Translations under genes and position numbers: made by a program
The notes under the pieces: model-generated
The model's database searches: none
The model's input: only the letters and a program-made list of their open reading frames with translations
Told to the model about the DNA's origin: nothing
In this document: positions 19,552 through 29,798 of the stretch, piece by piece
How the letters are laid out: each line of letters begins with the position of its first letter
Numbering within the stretch: the first letter of the stretch is position 1
Source of the DNA: a virus
Lineage: Duplodnaviria > Caudoviricetes
Direction: 5' to 3' (one strand)
IMG/VR virus record: IMGVR_UViG_3300005689_000302
Span: 19,204-83,203 of that record
Length of the DNA: 64,000 bases

Positions 19552-20022
19552 ATGGCCATCGAACACGTCGTTTCCGGCCCGGTCATCGTCACCTTCGACG
19601 CGGTGCCGCTCGGCTACTCCCGCGACGGAGTGCGCGTCGAGATTGCGCCGCGCTGGCTGGACGTGCATAGCGACGACTTCGGCGGCGAAGCGGGCGCGCC
19701 GAGCGATTCGCAGTTGATGGGTGCGATGGCCACGATCACCGCCGAGTTGACGAAGTTCGACGCGGCGCTCGTCGCCGCTTTAACGAGCTTCGAAGAATCG
19801 GGCACGGCCGGCACGCTGCCGACGCTCGGTTCGTTCGTCCGGCAAAGTCAGCTTGCCGCGACGCTCCTGCTGAACGGCTCGATTCAAGACTGGACCTTCG
19901 CCACCGCCTTTTTGCGGCGGCCGATGGACTTCAACGCCGGCATGCGCTACCAAACGTGGACGATGGGCTGGGAAGCCTGGATCGACGCTGCGGCGACGCG
20001 CGTCTTGCTGGCGCTGGCGTAA
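19552..20022 (+). CDS. Tail tube (major tail) protein
   Basis: LGYSRDGVRVEI...SDDFG...ATITAEL pattern. Precedes the chaperone and TMP. Confidence 0.75.
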   Translation: MAIEHVVSGPVIVTFDAVPLGYSRDGVRVEIAPRWLDVHSDDFGGEAGAPSDSQLMGAMATITAELTKFDAALVAALTSFEESGTAGTLPTLGSFVRQSQLAATLLLNGSIQDWTFATAFLRRPMDFNAGMRYQTWTMGWEAWIDAAATRVLLALA

Positions 20023-20053
20023 CTGTTTTGTTCCTCTTCTCACCGATCACCGC

Positions 20054-20587
20054 ATGATCTTTTCCTTTCTTTCGCGCCTCTTCCGGCGCGGCGGTCACAC
20101 CGAGCGCCAGCGCGCAATCTTTTCGTTTTGGGACGGCGCGCGCCTGAAGCGCGTCGATCCGCTCGTCGTGCATCGCGCGATGTGGTCCCACCCGACGTGC
20201 CGTATCGAAGCAGACTTCAAGGCGGCCGACAACGGCGACAACGAAGCGTTCGATCGGATCATCGCCATGACGCGCGAAATCTTTGGCGTCTCGGCGTGGA
20301 GCGAAGAGACTGAGGGCCTGACGATCGGCGAAACGCGGGCGCTGCTGCTCGAGTTTCTCGCCTATGTCGATGTCAAAAAAAAAGCGCCCGAGAGCTTGCC
20401 GCCTGCGTCGCCACCTTCGGCCTCGGAATCATCCCCGGCGGAATCGAGCGACTCGATTACGGAACCCGCGTCGGACTCATTTTCAACCAAGACTCTATTG
20501 AACGGCGCCGAGCTTACTATCAGCTCGAAGCGTTCGCGCAAGCCTTGGGAGGTGGAGCTCTTGGAAAAGAGTGGTTTGACGCCCTAG
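20054..20587 (+). CDS. Tail assembly chaperone (frame-0 product)
   Basis: Between tube and TMP. Contains an A9 slippery run. Confidence 0.75.
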   Translation: MIFSFLSRLFRRGGHTERQRAIFSFWDGARLKRVDPLVVHRAMWSHPTCRIEADFKAADNGDNEAFDRIIAMTREIFGVSAWSEETEGLTIGETRALLLEFLAYVDVKKKAPESLPPASPPSASESSPAESSDSITEPASDSFSTKTLLNGAELTISSKRSRKPWEVELLEKSGLTP

Positions 20588-20664
20588 CGCTCTCCGACGA
20601 AGAAGCCGAAGCGCAGCACAAGCGCGCCTCGCTCAATTACGCGCTGCGCAGCGGCGGGCGATAG
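20374..20664 (+). other. Programmed -1 frameshift site and extension of the tail chaperone
   Basis: C-AAA-AAA-AAA at 20374-20383. The -1 frame is open for 93 codons (SARELAACVATFG...ALRSGGR) to TAG 20662-20664. Confidence 0.75.
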
Positions 20665-20717
20665 CGTGCTTTCCTGCCGCCTCCGCTCTGACTTCTGGCC
20701 TCTGACCTTTCCTTCCC

Positions 20718-21980
20718 TTGCCTCTTCCCGCACTTGCCGCCGCGCTCGCACGCGTCGCCGGGCCCGTTATCGCCCGCGCGGGGCCCGCTCTCTCACGCGC
20801 TCTTGGTTCGGGCGGATCGGCCGCCAGCCAAGCGGCGGCGAAGGCGGGCACGAGCGCCACGGCGAAGGCCGGCGCACAAGGCGCCACGCGCGGCTCTCTC
20901 TCGCAATCGCTCGCGTCCGGCACTCGCCAAGCCTCGTCCACGGCCGGCGTCGTCAATCCTGCCGGCAAAGCGGCCGCACAGAAGCCGGCCACCTTCGCGC
21001 AAGCGCTAGAGATTGTCCAGTCGTTTACCGGCGGCGGTTCATCGCCCCAAGCCTCGTCCACGGCCGGCGTCGTCAATCCTGCCGGCAATAGTGGCTCGTC
21101 GGCGGCGGGCGGATCGCCTGGCGGCCCCTCGCCCGCGCCTTCTCCCGGATCGCCGCCTGGGCCTGGCCCTTCGCCTGGCGGCGGCGGCGCGCCTCCTGGT
21201 CCTGGCGGTTCTGGCGGTGGCGGCAATCCGCCCCCTGGTCCTGGTCCTGGCCCGGCGCCTGGCCCTTCGCCTGGCGGCGGCGGCTTCAATTTTGGCTCGC
21301 TCGGCAACTGGCTGGTCAACAACGGACCGCACGCGGCCCGGATCGCGCAGCACGCGATCGGGATCGGCGGTCAGCTCGGCCAGCACGCCGTCAACGCGGT
21401 GGCGGGGCCGGCCGAACAGCGCGTTTTCGGGGAAGCGACCGACGCCCTCGAGCGGATCGCCCGCGCCGACTTCCGCGTGCTGCTCGAAATGCCGGCGAAT
21501 ATGCGCCGCTGGGCGGAAGCCCTGCTCGACGGCCGTCGCGAGCTGATCCGCTTCAACTCGACGATGGCGGCGACGTTCGCCCGGGCCGAAGCGCGACGCC
21601 TCGAGCGGAACATCGATAGCGGCCGCCGCACGGCCGGCACGACGGAAAACCTTTCCGACGCGCTCGAAGATCTGAAGGACACGATCCAGCCGTACGGCGA
21701 CGCCACGACGAACGCGCTGCAGGCGATTCTGGCGTCTTTGGTGCGCACCACCGACAACACCCTGAAAATCGCCCAAGTCGCCAGCCCGGCGCTCGTCGTC
21801 GTCCAGTACATCGCCAAGAAAATCAACGAATGGTCGGAAAAGGGCGGGGTCGGCGACGGCTTCGACGCCTTCCTGATGGATGTCGATTCGCGGCGCCGGC
21901 CCGTCGGCGGCGATGTTCCGCTTCGTGAACGGCTGCGGATGGCCCGCGCCGCCGCGGCGCCGAGACGGAGACGCTCCTAG
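20718..21980 (+). CDS. Short tape measure protein with a Gly/Pro-rich insert
   Basis: Follows the chaperone frameshift. Ala-rich helical regions and a 42-bp direct repeat (20927-20968, 21047-21088). Confidence 0.6.
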   Translation: MPLPALAAALARVAGPVIARAGPALSRALGSGGSAASQAAAKAGTSATAKAGAQGATRGSLSQSLASGTRQASSTAGVVNPAGKAAAQKPATFAQALEIVQSFTGGGSSPQASSTAGVVNPAGNSGSSAAGGSPGGPSPAPSPGSPPGPGPSPGGGGAPPGPGGSGGGGNPPPGPGPGPAPGPSPGGGGFNFGSLGNWLVNNGPHAARIAQHAIGIGGQLGQHAVNAVAGPAEQRVFGEATDALERIARADFRVLLEMPANMRRWAEALLDGRRELIRFNSTMAATFARAEARRLERNIDSGRRTAGTTENLSDALEDLKDTIQPYGDATTNALQAILASLVRTTDNTLKIAQVASPALVVVQYIAKKINEWSEKGGVGDGFDAFLMDVDSRRRPVGGDVPLRERLRMARAAAAPRRRRS

Positions 21981-23701
21981 TGGCCACAAACATTACTTAC
22001 AACGGCGTCACGATTCGCGACGTACTCACTGAGGACGTCGATTACACGAACGAGAACGACAAGACGGGCGTCGATCCCATCTTCACCCGCGTTCGCCTCT
22101 CGTTCCATTGCGTCTTGCACGATCTGCCGCAAGCGACGCTTGGCGTTTCGCACGGATCCAACATCGCCGCCAACCTGAATAGCCTGGTGCGGAAGCTGAT
22201 GCTGCCGCGCCAGCGGTTCACGATGACGATCGGCGGCCGAACGCTCTTCGACGTCCAGCCGGCGCACTCGAAGCTGGAAGGACCGCTCAATGGCCGCGAC
22301 GTGAACAACGGACCGAAGCCGAGCGTGAAGGTGCTGAAGATTCTCGGCGACCGAACGGCGCGGATCCGCTTCTCGATCGAGCTGGCGATTCCCAATTGCG
22401 GAAGCGCCGGCGCGGGCTATCTCAACCTTCGCTACTGGATCGCCGACGACATCGACGGCAATTGGCGCACAACGCGCATTTACCGCGGCCGGCTGCGCGT
22501 GGCCAGTAAAGCCGTCACGCCGCACGCCTTCCGAAACGTCGTCATGCCAAGCCTGGTCGCCGGTTTCCGCCGCGACGCGATCAGCCTCCGCGAAAGCGAC
22601 GATGGCCTCGAGCTGGACTTCGAAATCCGCGACATTGAGCAATACGCCTCGGCGCCGTTCCCCGCCACGAAATGGCGCGGCAATCATATGGTCGTTTCGC
22701 CGTACGACGGCTCGGCGCTTTGCGAAAGCGAACTGCGCGTCGAGCTGGAAGGGCCAAACAGCGTTCACAAGACGCGCTTGGTTGCGCTCGCCGCCAGCAT
22801 CATCAACAAGAAGCTCCACTACCTGGAACGGCGTGCCTCGATCATGCCGATCTACATCGCTTTCAACGAAGACCTGGCGGAAAACAAAGTCGACGCCGTC
22901 GCGCGGATCCGGCATATCGGCGAATATTGGGCCTATGCCGTCGAGCTTGGCAACCTCGGCAACTTCCTGCCGCCCGACGTCAACGCGGCGACGGGGCCTG
23001 GCGGGCAGTTCATCTACTACGATCCCTACCGCTCGCCGACGCCCGTTCCGACTGCCAGCCTGGCGGGGATCTTCCTCTCGTTCGTACAAACGCCCTGCGC
23101 TCCGGCGCAGATGCCGCAAGTGCAAACCGGCCAGCTCCAACATCCGTCGTACGGCGGGCAGGCGCTAGGGCCGGCGATCAGCATCACCTACGGGCCGCTG
23201 CCGGCCTGGCAACCGAATATCAGCCAATCGCACAAGAAGGCGGCCTACGCGACTTACCGCGCGCAGTCGCAGATCGAAGTTACCGGCGGACAGCTCGCGT
23301 TGCCGGTGGCGCGGCAAGCCGCCGCCAAGCTGCAAGACACGGTGGCGCTTGTAACGCTCCATCCGGGCGTTGCGCGGCGCACGGTGATTATCGACGCCGA
23401 GCGGATCGCCGAATGGCCGCAACTGCCGAAGCCGATCGACTTCAGCGATGAAAACGGGATCAAGCATACGGTGCTCGATCACGACGTCGAACCGGAAGCG
23501 CCGCCGCTGGCCGGCGACGTGCGAACGAACATCTTCAAGGCGAGCATGACGATCATCTATGCGATGAGCCGGCCGCCGCGGGCGGGCGAATCGCTGCCGG
23601 TCGGCAACCTGCCGTATCGCACGCCCGAGGGCGGCGCCTCGCCGACCAACAAGATTCCTTACCCGTACTTTGAGGATCCCAAGGGTCTAATCGCCAGTTA
23701 A
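21980..23701 (+). CDS. Virion tail protein (distal tail/hub-like)
   Basis: Overlaps the TMP stop. Beta-rich, 573 aa. Confidence 0.5.
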   Translation: MATNITYNGVTIRDVLTEDVDYTNENDKTGVDPIFTRVRLSFHCVLHDLPQATLGVSHGSNIAANLNSLVRKLMLPRQRFTMTIGGRTLFDVQPAHSKLEGPLNGRDVNNGPKPSVKVLKILGDRTARIRFSIELAIPNCGSAGAGYLNLRYWIADDIDGNWRTTRIYRGRLRVASKAVTPHAFRNVVMPSLVAGFRRDAISLRESDDGLELDFEIRDIEQYASAPFPATKWRGNHMVVSPYDGSALCESELRVELEGPNSVHKTRLVALAASIINKKLHYLERRASIMPIYIAFNEDLAENKVDAVARIRHIGEYWAYAVELGNLGNFLPPDVNAATGPGGQFIYYDPYRSPTPVPTASLAGIFLSFVQTPCAPAQMPQVQTGQLQHPSYGGQALGPAISITYGPLPAWQPNISQSHKKAAYATYRAQSQIEVTGGQLALPVARQAAAKLQDTVALVTLHPGVARRTVIIDAERIAEWPQLPKPIDFSDENGIKHTVLDHDVEPEAPPLAGDVRTNIFKASMTIIYAMSRPPRAGESLPVGNLPYRTPEGGASPTNKIPYPYFEDPKGLIAS

Positions 23702-24144
23702 GAATCGGCGCCGACCATCGTCCATGTAAAGACTTCGCCGCTCTTGGGATGCAGATAAAAATCGTACGTTTTCGCGCCCTGCCACCGCCAGCGCAGCGTC
23801 GCGCGCACGACGACGACTTTCGTCCCGGGCGCTACTCCCTTGCTCGACAACAGTTCGGGGCGATAGTCGGGAATTACCGATCGCACGCCCTCGAAGCGAA
23901 TATCGTCGGTCGGCCCGACATACATGCCGTTATGGGCGGCGATGTACTCGAGCACTTCCCGTTTCGCTGCGGCATGACCGCCGCCGCCGCCACCGCCGGC
24001 CAGCGCGAGCATGGCGACGAGCGCCACGCACGCCACGCCGCCGCCGGCGATCACTGGCGGCTTGGCGTACCACGGCTTGACGGGCGCTCGCCGAACGCCT
24101 GGCTTGGCGGGAATGAACGCGGGCGGCGGTTGGGTGGTGGTCAT
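23698..24144 (-). CDS. Antisense membrane-anchored accessory (moron-like) protein
   Basis: Pro-rich basic N-terminus, hydrophobic IAGGGVACVALVAMLALA segment, Gly linker and soluble domain. Confidence 0.6.
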   Translation of the reverse strand: MTTTQPPPAFIPAKPGVRRAPVKPWYAKPPVIAGGGVACVALVAMLALAGGGGGGGHAAAKREVLEYIAAHNGMYVGPTDDIRFEGVRSVIPDYRPELLSSKGVAPGTKVVVVRATLRWRWQGAKTYDFYLHPKSGEVFTWTMVGADS

Positions 24145-24369
24145 GGCTCTGTGCTTCGAAGGGGCGAGACAAGCGCGAAAAGCAAATACCGATCCCTCCA
24201 CTCTACGCGCCGGCGCGGGGCGACTCCAATCTGCGCGGGCGTTCAGATATGGGCAAAGTCAACACTAAGACGGCTGGCGGTTGTCTGATCCGACGCCGCG
24301 GCGAACAATAAAACATCCCACCGCGGCGCCTGCTCGGCGCGGCTGCTCTTCTCTCGTCTCTCGCGATTC

Positions 24370-25989
24370 ATGACGCTCGCCTTCTCCACGTTCTTTGCGC
24401 GCGCCGGCAAAGCCTTCCATGCGGTAAACACGCTGTTTACCGCCGAAGGAACGACGGTCGAAGACGAAGTCGAAGATTACGTCGATAACTTCGCCACGCC
24501 AATAGAGCAAAATCAAGCGGCGGCCAACGTCTATCCGGCGCTTGTCGCCTGGCAGGCGGGCGGCTCGTCGCTGGTGACGGCGCTCTCGTTAAGCGTGCAA
24601 AGCTACCTCCGCGAGCTGGTCAAGGCCGACAATCCCCAGCCGAGCGACGACGCCTTAACGTCGGTCCGCGAGCTGATCCGGCAAATGCTCGCCAATAGCG
24701 AAAGCGTCGACGCCTCCACCGTCGCCGCCAGCGTGGCCTACGGCGGAAGCAACGTCGGCACGGGCGCGGTCGTCGCCAGCGTGAAGCGCGCCGACGGGAA
24801 AACAAACGAACATTGCCTGGCGGAAACGATCGAGTGCGAAATCCTCGATACCGAAGCGCTCGCCTTCAGCGCGCTCGGCGAAACGCCGGCCGACATCAAC
24901 TCGCACCTGTGGCCTGACGGCTCGGGCGCGAGCGCCAGCTTGACGATCGTCGATTCGGCCAGCGGAACGAACCTCGTCACCAACGGCGGCTTCGAAGATG
25001 AGGACGAGAACCTCGAGCATCTGCCCGAAGGGTGGATCGTGTCGGTCGGCACGCTCGGCACGACGCTGAAGCTCTCCGACGTCGAAATCCAAACGGTCGC
25101 GATCAGCGGCACGCCGACCGCCGGCTACTACCTGCTGCACTTCACGAATAGCGCCGGCAAGGTGCAAACGACTTTGCCGCTGGCCTTCGACGCCACCGCC
25201 GGTGACGTGCAAGCGGCGCTCCGCGAGCTGATCGGCCTGGAAGAAGTCGAAGTCAGCGCCAGCGGCACAAGCCCCAATCTGACGCATACGATCACCTTCG
25301 TTGGCGTCACCAATCCGGGCCAGCTCACGAGCACTAGCGGCCTAACTGGCGGCACGCCGGCGATCGCGCACAACACGACGACGGCCGCCAGCGCTAACGT
25401 CATGCGCGGCGCCCGCTCGCTCGAGCTGGACAGTGACGGATCGCAGCTTACGACGATTCAGCGGCCGGTGGCGGTCGCCGCGCAAACGCAATACGGCGTC
25501 TGCGTCTGGATGAAAACCGATTCGGCGCCGGCCGCGGGCGTGATTACGATCGACCTGGTCGATGGGATCGGCGGCTCGGTCATCGCCGACGACGAAGGAA
25601 CGAACAATTCGTTTACGGTCGATTGCACGGCGCTTACCACGAGCTTTGTCGCCAAGACGGGATCGTTCCGCCTGCCGGCGAACCTGCCGCCGATCGTGCT
25701 CTTGCGGATCCGGATCACAACGGCGATCAGCAACACAAGCTCGGTCTTCCTCGATGAAGCCTGCCTGGCGCCGATGGCGTCTCTGTACATCGGCGGGCCG
25801 AGCGCCGCCGCCTTTCAAGGGCCGGTGACGTTCGAGAAGGGCGACCGGGCGACGATCACGATCACCAACGATCGGGCCGGCGCTTTGCACGAGCACATGA
25901 ACCGCGTTTTCTCTTTGCGGGAAAACGATCTGCTTTTGCCGACCGATAGCGGCGGAAGCGAAACGCAAGCCGATAGTTTGATCGGCTAG
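24370..25989 (+). CDS. Virion structural protein with a carbohydrate-binding-like domain
   Basis: NLVTNGGFE..GW...YGVCVWMK CBM-like pattern. Confidence 0.55.
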   Translation: MTLAFSTFFARAGKAFHAVNTLFTAEGTTVEDEVEDYVDNFATPIEQNQAAANVYPALVAWQAGGSSLVTALSLSVQSYLRELVKADNPQPSDDALTSVRELIRQMLANSESVDASTVAASVAYGGSNVGTGAVVASVKRADGKTNEHCLAETIECEILDTEALAFSALGETPADINSHLWPDGSGASASLTIVDSASGTNLVTNGGFEDEDENLEHLPEGWIVSVGTLGTTLKLSDVEIQTVAISGTPTAGYYLLHFTNSAGKVQTTLPLAFDATAGDVQAALRELIGLEEVEVSASGTSPNLTHTITFVGVTNPGQLTSTSGLTGGTPAIAHNTTTAASANVMRGARSLELDSDGSQLTTIQRPVAVAAQTQYGVCVWMKTDSAPAAGVITIDLVDGIGGSVIADDEGTNNSFTVDCTALTTSFVAKTGSFRLPANLPPIVLLRIRITTAISNTSSVFLDEACLAPMASLYIGGPSAAAFQGPVTFEKGDRATITITNDRAGALHEHMNRVFSLRENDLLLPTDSGGSETQADSLIG

Positions 25990-26026
25990 GCTCTTCACTC
26001 CTTACTCTTCACCCACCACTCGACTC

Positions 26027-26326
26027 ATGGGCCTTGTAGGTCAACTGATCGGTCGCGCTCGCGACGTCTCGAAGGAAATCGCCGAGGCGCATGCCGCCGG
26101 TCGGCTCTCGAAGAAGGACGTCGCCGCCGTCATGCACGGCGTCGCCGAGGCCTTCGACGAAAACCGCGATCTGTTTCTCGAAGCGGTCCGGGCCGCGGGG
26201 GCGGAAGTCACTTCAGCCTATCCGCCGGCCGATCCGCCAGCCGCCGAAGCGCCCGCGGAAGAACCGCCGGCCGATCCTCCCGCGGAAGCCGATAGCGCGC
26301 CCGCCGACCCGCCAGCCGCCGAGTAA
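26027..26326 (+). CDS. Hypothetical protein
   Basis: ORF with a pyrimidine-rich leader and Pro/Ala/Glu tail. Confidence 0.5.
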   Translation: MGLVGQLIGRARDVSKEIAEAHAAGRLSKKDVAAVMHGVAEAFDENRDLFLEAVRAAGAEVTSAYPPADPPAAEAPAEEPPADPPAEADSAPADPPAAE

Positions 26327-26382
26327 TTCGCCGGCTGTCGCCGCTTTTCTAGCCACTCGTCACTTTTCACTCATGGTTCGTT

Positions 26383-27222
26383 ATGTCCATCATCGTTGAA
26401 CACGGCTTTGATATTTCCGGCTTGCTCAAGGATCGCCCGAAAGCGCCGGTCGTCGGCACGCGCTACTTTCCGACCGATGTCGGCGACCAGTTTGTCTACA
26501 ACGGCGCCTTCTGGCAACCGCAACGCTCGCTCTCGCGGCGCACCAGCCGCTTGTGGATCGCTGGCGAACGCGGCAAGCCGTCGCTGAATGCCGACATTCA
26601 GAACGCCGCCGAGTCAACGCGAATGATCGCCGACCCGGACTTCGAAGTCTTGGGTACGAACATGACTTCGGCGCTCTCAACCTTCAACGCCGAAGGCGGG
26701 ATCAACCTCACCACCGCCGGCGCCGACAACGATCAAGCGATCTTGCTGCCACACCTGGACGCCAACCAATCGTCGTGGACGAGCTGGACGTGGGGCTCGG
26801 ATAAGGCTTCCTACTGGATGCTTCGATTCAAAACGGGCGCCTCGATCGCCGCGGCGATCATTTGGGCCGGGCTGAAGCTCACCAACACGCCGACCACCGC
26901 CACCGACAACGATCAAGCCTTCTTCCGCTATCAGAACGGCGTCAACAGCGGACGGTTTCAGGCGATCTACTCGATCGATGGAACCGACTCGGCGAACGAC
27001 TCCGGCGTGACGGTCGCCGCGGCGACCGAATACGTCTTGGAAGTCGCGATCGACGCCAGCCGCATTGCGCGGTTCTTCATCAACAACACGCTCGTTCTCA
27101 CCAGCACCGCGCTCAAGGATGCGACCGACTTTATCCCGTACCTGGGCGTGCAAGCCTCCGGAGCCGCCGGCGCGAAGGCAGTCACCGTCTACGGCCAGTA
27201 CATCAGCCGGACTTCCGGCTAG
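26383..27222 (+). CDS. Putative virion structural protein
   Basis: Beta-sandwich-like T/A/G-rich protein in the late operon. Confidence 0.55.
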   Translation: MSIIVEHGFDISGLLKDRPKAPVVGTRYFPTDVGDQFVYNGAFWQPQRSLSRRTSRLWIAGERGKPSLNADIQNAAESTRMIADPDFEVLGTNMTSALSTFNAEGGINLTTAGADNDQAILLPHLDANQSSWTSWTWGSDKASYWMLRFKTGASIAAAIIWAGLKLTNTPTTATDNDQAFFRYQNGVNSGRFQAIYSIDGTDSANDSGVTVAAATEYVLEVAIDASRIARFFINNTLVLTSTALKDATDFIPYLGVQASGAAGAKAVTVYGQYISRTSG

Positions 27223-27273
27223 TCGGCTGCTGTCTGACGCGCTGTCCTTCGACCTCTGACCTCTGGCTTCCGC

Positions 27274-27765
27274 ATGGCTCGCACCAACGCCGATCCCGAG
27301 CTGATCCTCGAGCGGATCGCCGCTCGGCTGATCGATCAGCTCGAAGGCGTCTCGGCCGCGAATTGCTTCGCGGTCCTGGCGCCGACGCGCGACGCCGTGC
27401 CGAACGCCGCCGACTTCATTTACCACGTCTCGCTCGTTTCGGGGCAATTCGACTCCGGGGCCTTCGATGGCGGCGGGAATGAGCAAGCGACGGTTCACGC
27501 GCAGCTTGCGGTGACGATTTGGAGCACGCGCGACCTCGATCAAGTCGGCCGCGATCGGAAGTTCCTCGTCGACCCGGGGCTGGGGCTGTTGCCGAAGGCG
27601 AAGAAGGTGTTGCTGGCGCTCTCTGGCCATGACCTGGAAGATGAAAGCGGCAACGAGCTGCTCGATCAGCCATTTTTCCCCGCCGACTTCCATATTGAAC
27701 GCCTCGAGCGAAACCTCGGCTCGATTCAAATCGGCTTCTCGATCGTCTTCGATTGGGATCTGTAG
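27274..27765 (+). CDS. Tail terminator/completion-like protein
   Basis: 163 aa with ILERIAARL N-helix and C-terminal F(S)IVFDW strand pattern. Confidence 0.5.
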   Translation: MARTNADPELILERIAARLIDQLEGVSAANCFAVLAPTRDAVPNAADFIYHVSLVSGQFDSGAFDGGGNEQATVHAQLAVTIWSTRDLDQVGRDRKFLVDPGLGLLPKAKKVLLALSGHDLEDESGNELLDQPFFPADFHIERLERNLGSIQIGFSIVFDWDL

Positions 27766-27832
27766 GCCGCTCTGCCGGCCATTTTCCATTCTCCGTTTTC
27801 ACTTCTCCATTCGGCCCCTGGCCGCTGATTTC

Positions 27833-29794
27833 ATGGCTTCTCGCTCCATCGTCCCGCGATTGTTCGCCTGGTCGGCCTTGCTCTTGCTTGGCTTGCCGCT
27901 GCTGGCCGTCCAGTCGTGCTCTTACGCCGCGAATCCGCCGGCGCCCGTTCAGCAACTCTCGACGGCGACGAACTCGACGCCGGCGCCGCTGTCCGAGGCG
28001 CAAGTCGAAAGGACTTGCCGCGAAATCCGCGAAGCGTTCGAAAAGGGCGGGCCGCTGGTCAGTTGTTGGAACGTGCAAGCCGGCTGGAACCTGACGCAGC
28101 AAGTGGCGTGGATCAAGGCCGGCAACCATTATTTCCCGACGATCTACGTTCCGATCATCACACAGAACGCCAATAACCCGCTCCGCTGGGAGCGGTATCT
28201 CGAAGAGCACCGCGACGCCCTCGAGTTTATCCGTCAGCATCGGCTACCGATCACCTGCCGCTGGCACAACTGGGGAAGCGACTTTACCGAAGTCGCTCCC
28301 GAAAATCGCGGCCCGTTCGAAGAATCGCCGCTGATTCATCGCCTTCGTGAAGATGGCTCGCTCGACTCGATTCCCGTTATCGACCCGCTCGGCCCGCTCA
28401 AGCCGTGGAGCGACGAAGGGAAGGCCATCGCCACTTCGCATTTTCTCAATGCCCTGGCCGCCTTCTATCCCGACTGCCCGCGTCTCTACTGGCTGGAAAA
28501 CAACGAAGCGAGCGTCGGCGAAGTGGGCACTTACACCGCGCCGACCAGCGAACGCGACGAGTGGCGGTTTCCTTTGCGAGTGTGGAAAGACAACCTGCCC
28601 GCTATCTCGCTTCGCATGGCCGATCATGCCGCCGCCCACCCCGACGCGAATCAGCTCGAAGTGACGATCCATCGGGCGATGCGGGAAAAGTACGAAGCGC
28701 TCACGACCGCGCTCTTGGAGCACGCGCCAGCACAATGGCGCGGCCGGATTTACAGCGGCGGCTATGCCGGCATGAACCCGGCCGCCGGCCTCAATCGTCA
28801 GCCTTTCGATCACCGCCGCCCTCAAGAAGACTTCGCGCATAGCCCTTTCTCGCCCGCAATTTGGCAGTTCACCGAGCCGAGCGACCGCGTCTATGACGAC
28901 GGCTCGGGCAGTCCGTGGAACTGGCACGACTGGCTGCGCTCGCCGCATGCGCTCAACCACAATAACGGCCCGCTCACCCGCTACCTTGCCGCCACACGGC
29001 CGCTCTGGCATGAGGATCGATCGTTTTGGCTTTCGCCGACGCGCGGCCGCGCCGCCGCCAAGCCCGATGAAGACGGCAACCCCGAGCACGGCGGCTACGT
29101 GCTTCCCGATCGCCTCTTCGGCTTCGCGCGCGTCTGTCTCTGGTCCGATCGACCGAAGGGCCGCGCGACGAATCTTCGCTGGTTCGCTTCTAGCAGAAAG
29201 CAGCTCGGCGACGAGTGGTATGCGAGCGATAAAGACCCGCCCGAGGTGCGCGGCCTCACCGAATACGATTACTTCGCCCGCGTCCAGCAAGCGGTCGACG
29301 AAGTGTGGAGCGATCCGCGCTTGCTGCGCTTTTGGCGCGAGTCTGACCCGGTAATCAACCCCGATCCGGCCCTATGCGACTGGCGACTGCCCGACTCGAT
29401 CGACGGCCATTCCGTCATCGACGATCGCTCGCGCGTCCTCTATACCGACGCCGATCCGCCGCGCTTCGATGCGACCGGGAAGGACCTCTGGCGCGAGAGC
29501 GACGGCCGGATGGAGCTCAAGGTTTTCTCGCAAGGCTACAAGCTCGGCGAGAGCTATTTGCTCATCGCCTACAGCCCGCGCGAGCTTCGCGAAAACGTCA
29601 CGGTGCAAGTTCCCGGCCTCGGCCCTGTCACAATTCCGCTTGTCGGCCCCGAGGGTGTCTTTCACTTTGCTGGCGCTGAGCTTCCCGAGCCCCACCCCGA
29701 TCCCATCCCCGACCCGCTTCCCCCGCCGACCGATCGCACCCAGCGCGCCGCCGCCTTGCTGCGCGAAGCGCTGGAGCTTCTCGAAGCAGACTAG
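27833..29794 (+). CDS. Signal-peptide-bearing protein, possibly glycoside-hydrolase-like
   Basis: MASRSIVPRLFAWSALLLLGLPLLAVQSC signal/lipoprotein-like N-terminus. Trp/Asp/Glu-rich body. Confidence 0.5.
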   Translation: MASRSIVPRLFAWSALLLLGLPLLAVQSCSYAANPPAPVQQLSTATNSTPAPLSEAQVERTCREIREAFEKGGPLVSCWNVQAGWNLTQQVAWIKAGNHYFPTIYVPIITQNANNPLRWERYLEEHRDALEFIRQHRLPITCRWHNWGSDFTEVAPENRGPFEESPLIHRLREDGSLDSIPVIDPLGPLKPWSDEGKAIATSHFLNALAAFYPDCPRLYWLENNEASVGEVGTYTAPTSERDEWRFPLRVWKDNLPAISLRMADHAAAHPDANQLEVTIHRAMREKYEALTTALLEHAPAQWRGRIYSGGYAGMNPAAGLNRQPFDHRRPQEDFAHSPFSPAIWQFTEPSDRVYDDGSGSPWNWHDWLRSPHALNHNNGPLTRYLAATRPLWHEDRSFWLSPTRGRAAAKPDEDGNPEHGGYVLPDRLFGFARVCLWSDRPKGRATNLRWFASSRKQLGDEWYASDKDPPEVRGLTEYDYFARVQQAVDEVWSDPRLLRFWRESDPVINPDPALCDWRLPDSIDGHSVIDDRSRVLYTDADPPRFDATGKDLWRESDGRMELKVFSQGYKLGESYLLIAYSPRELRENVTVQVPGLGPVTIPLVGPEGVFHFAGAELPEPHPDPIPDPLPPPTDRTQRAAALLREALELLEAD

Positions 29795-29798
29795 GTAC

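Noticed and set aside
19552-27765. Contractile (Mu-like) tail
   Set aside because: No sheath or baseplate wedge genes recognised despite the Mu-like head genes.
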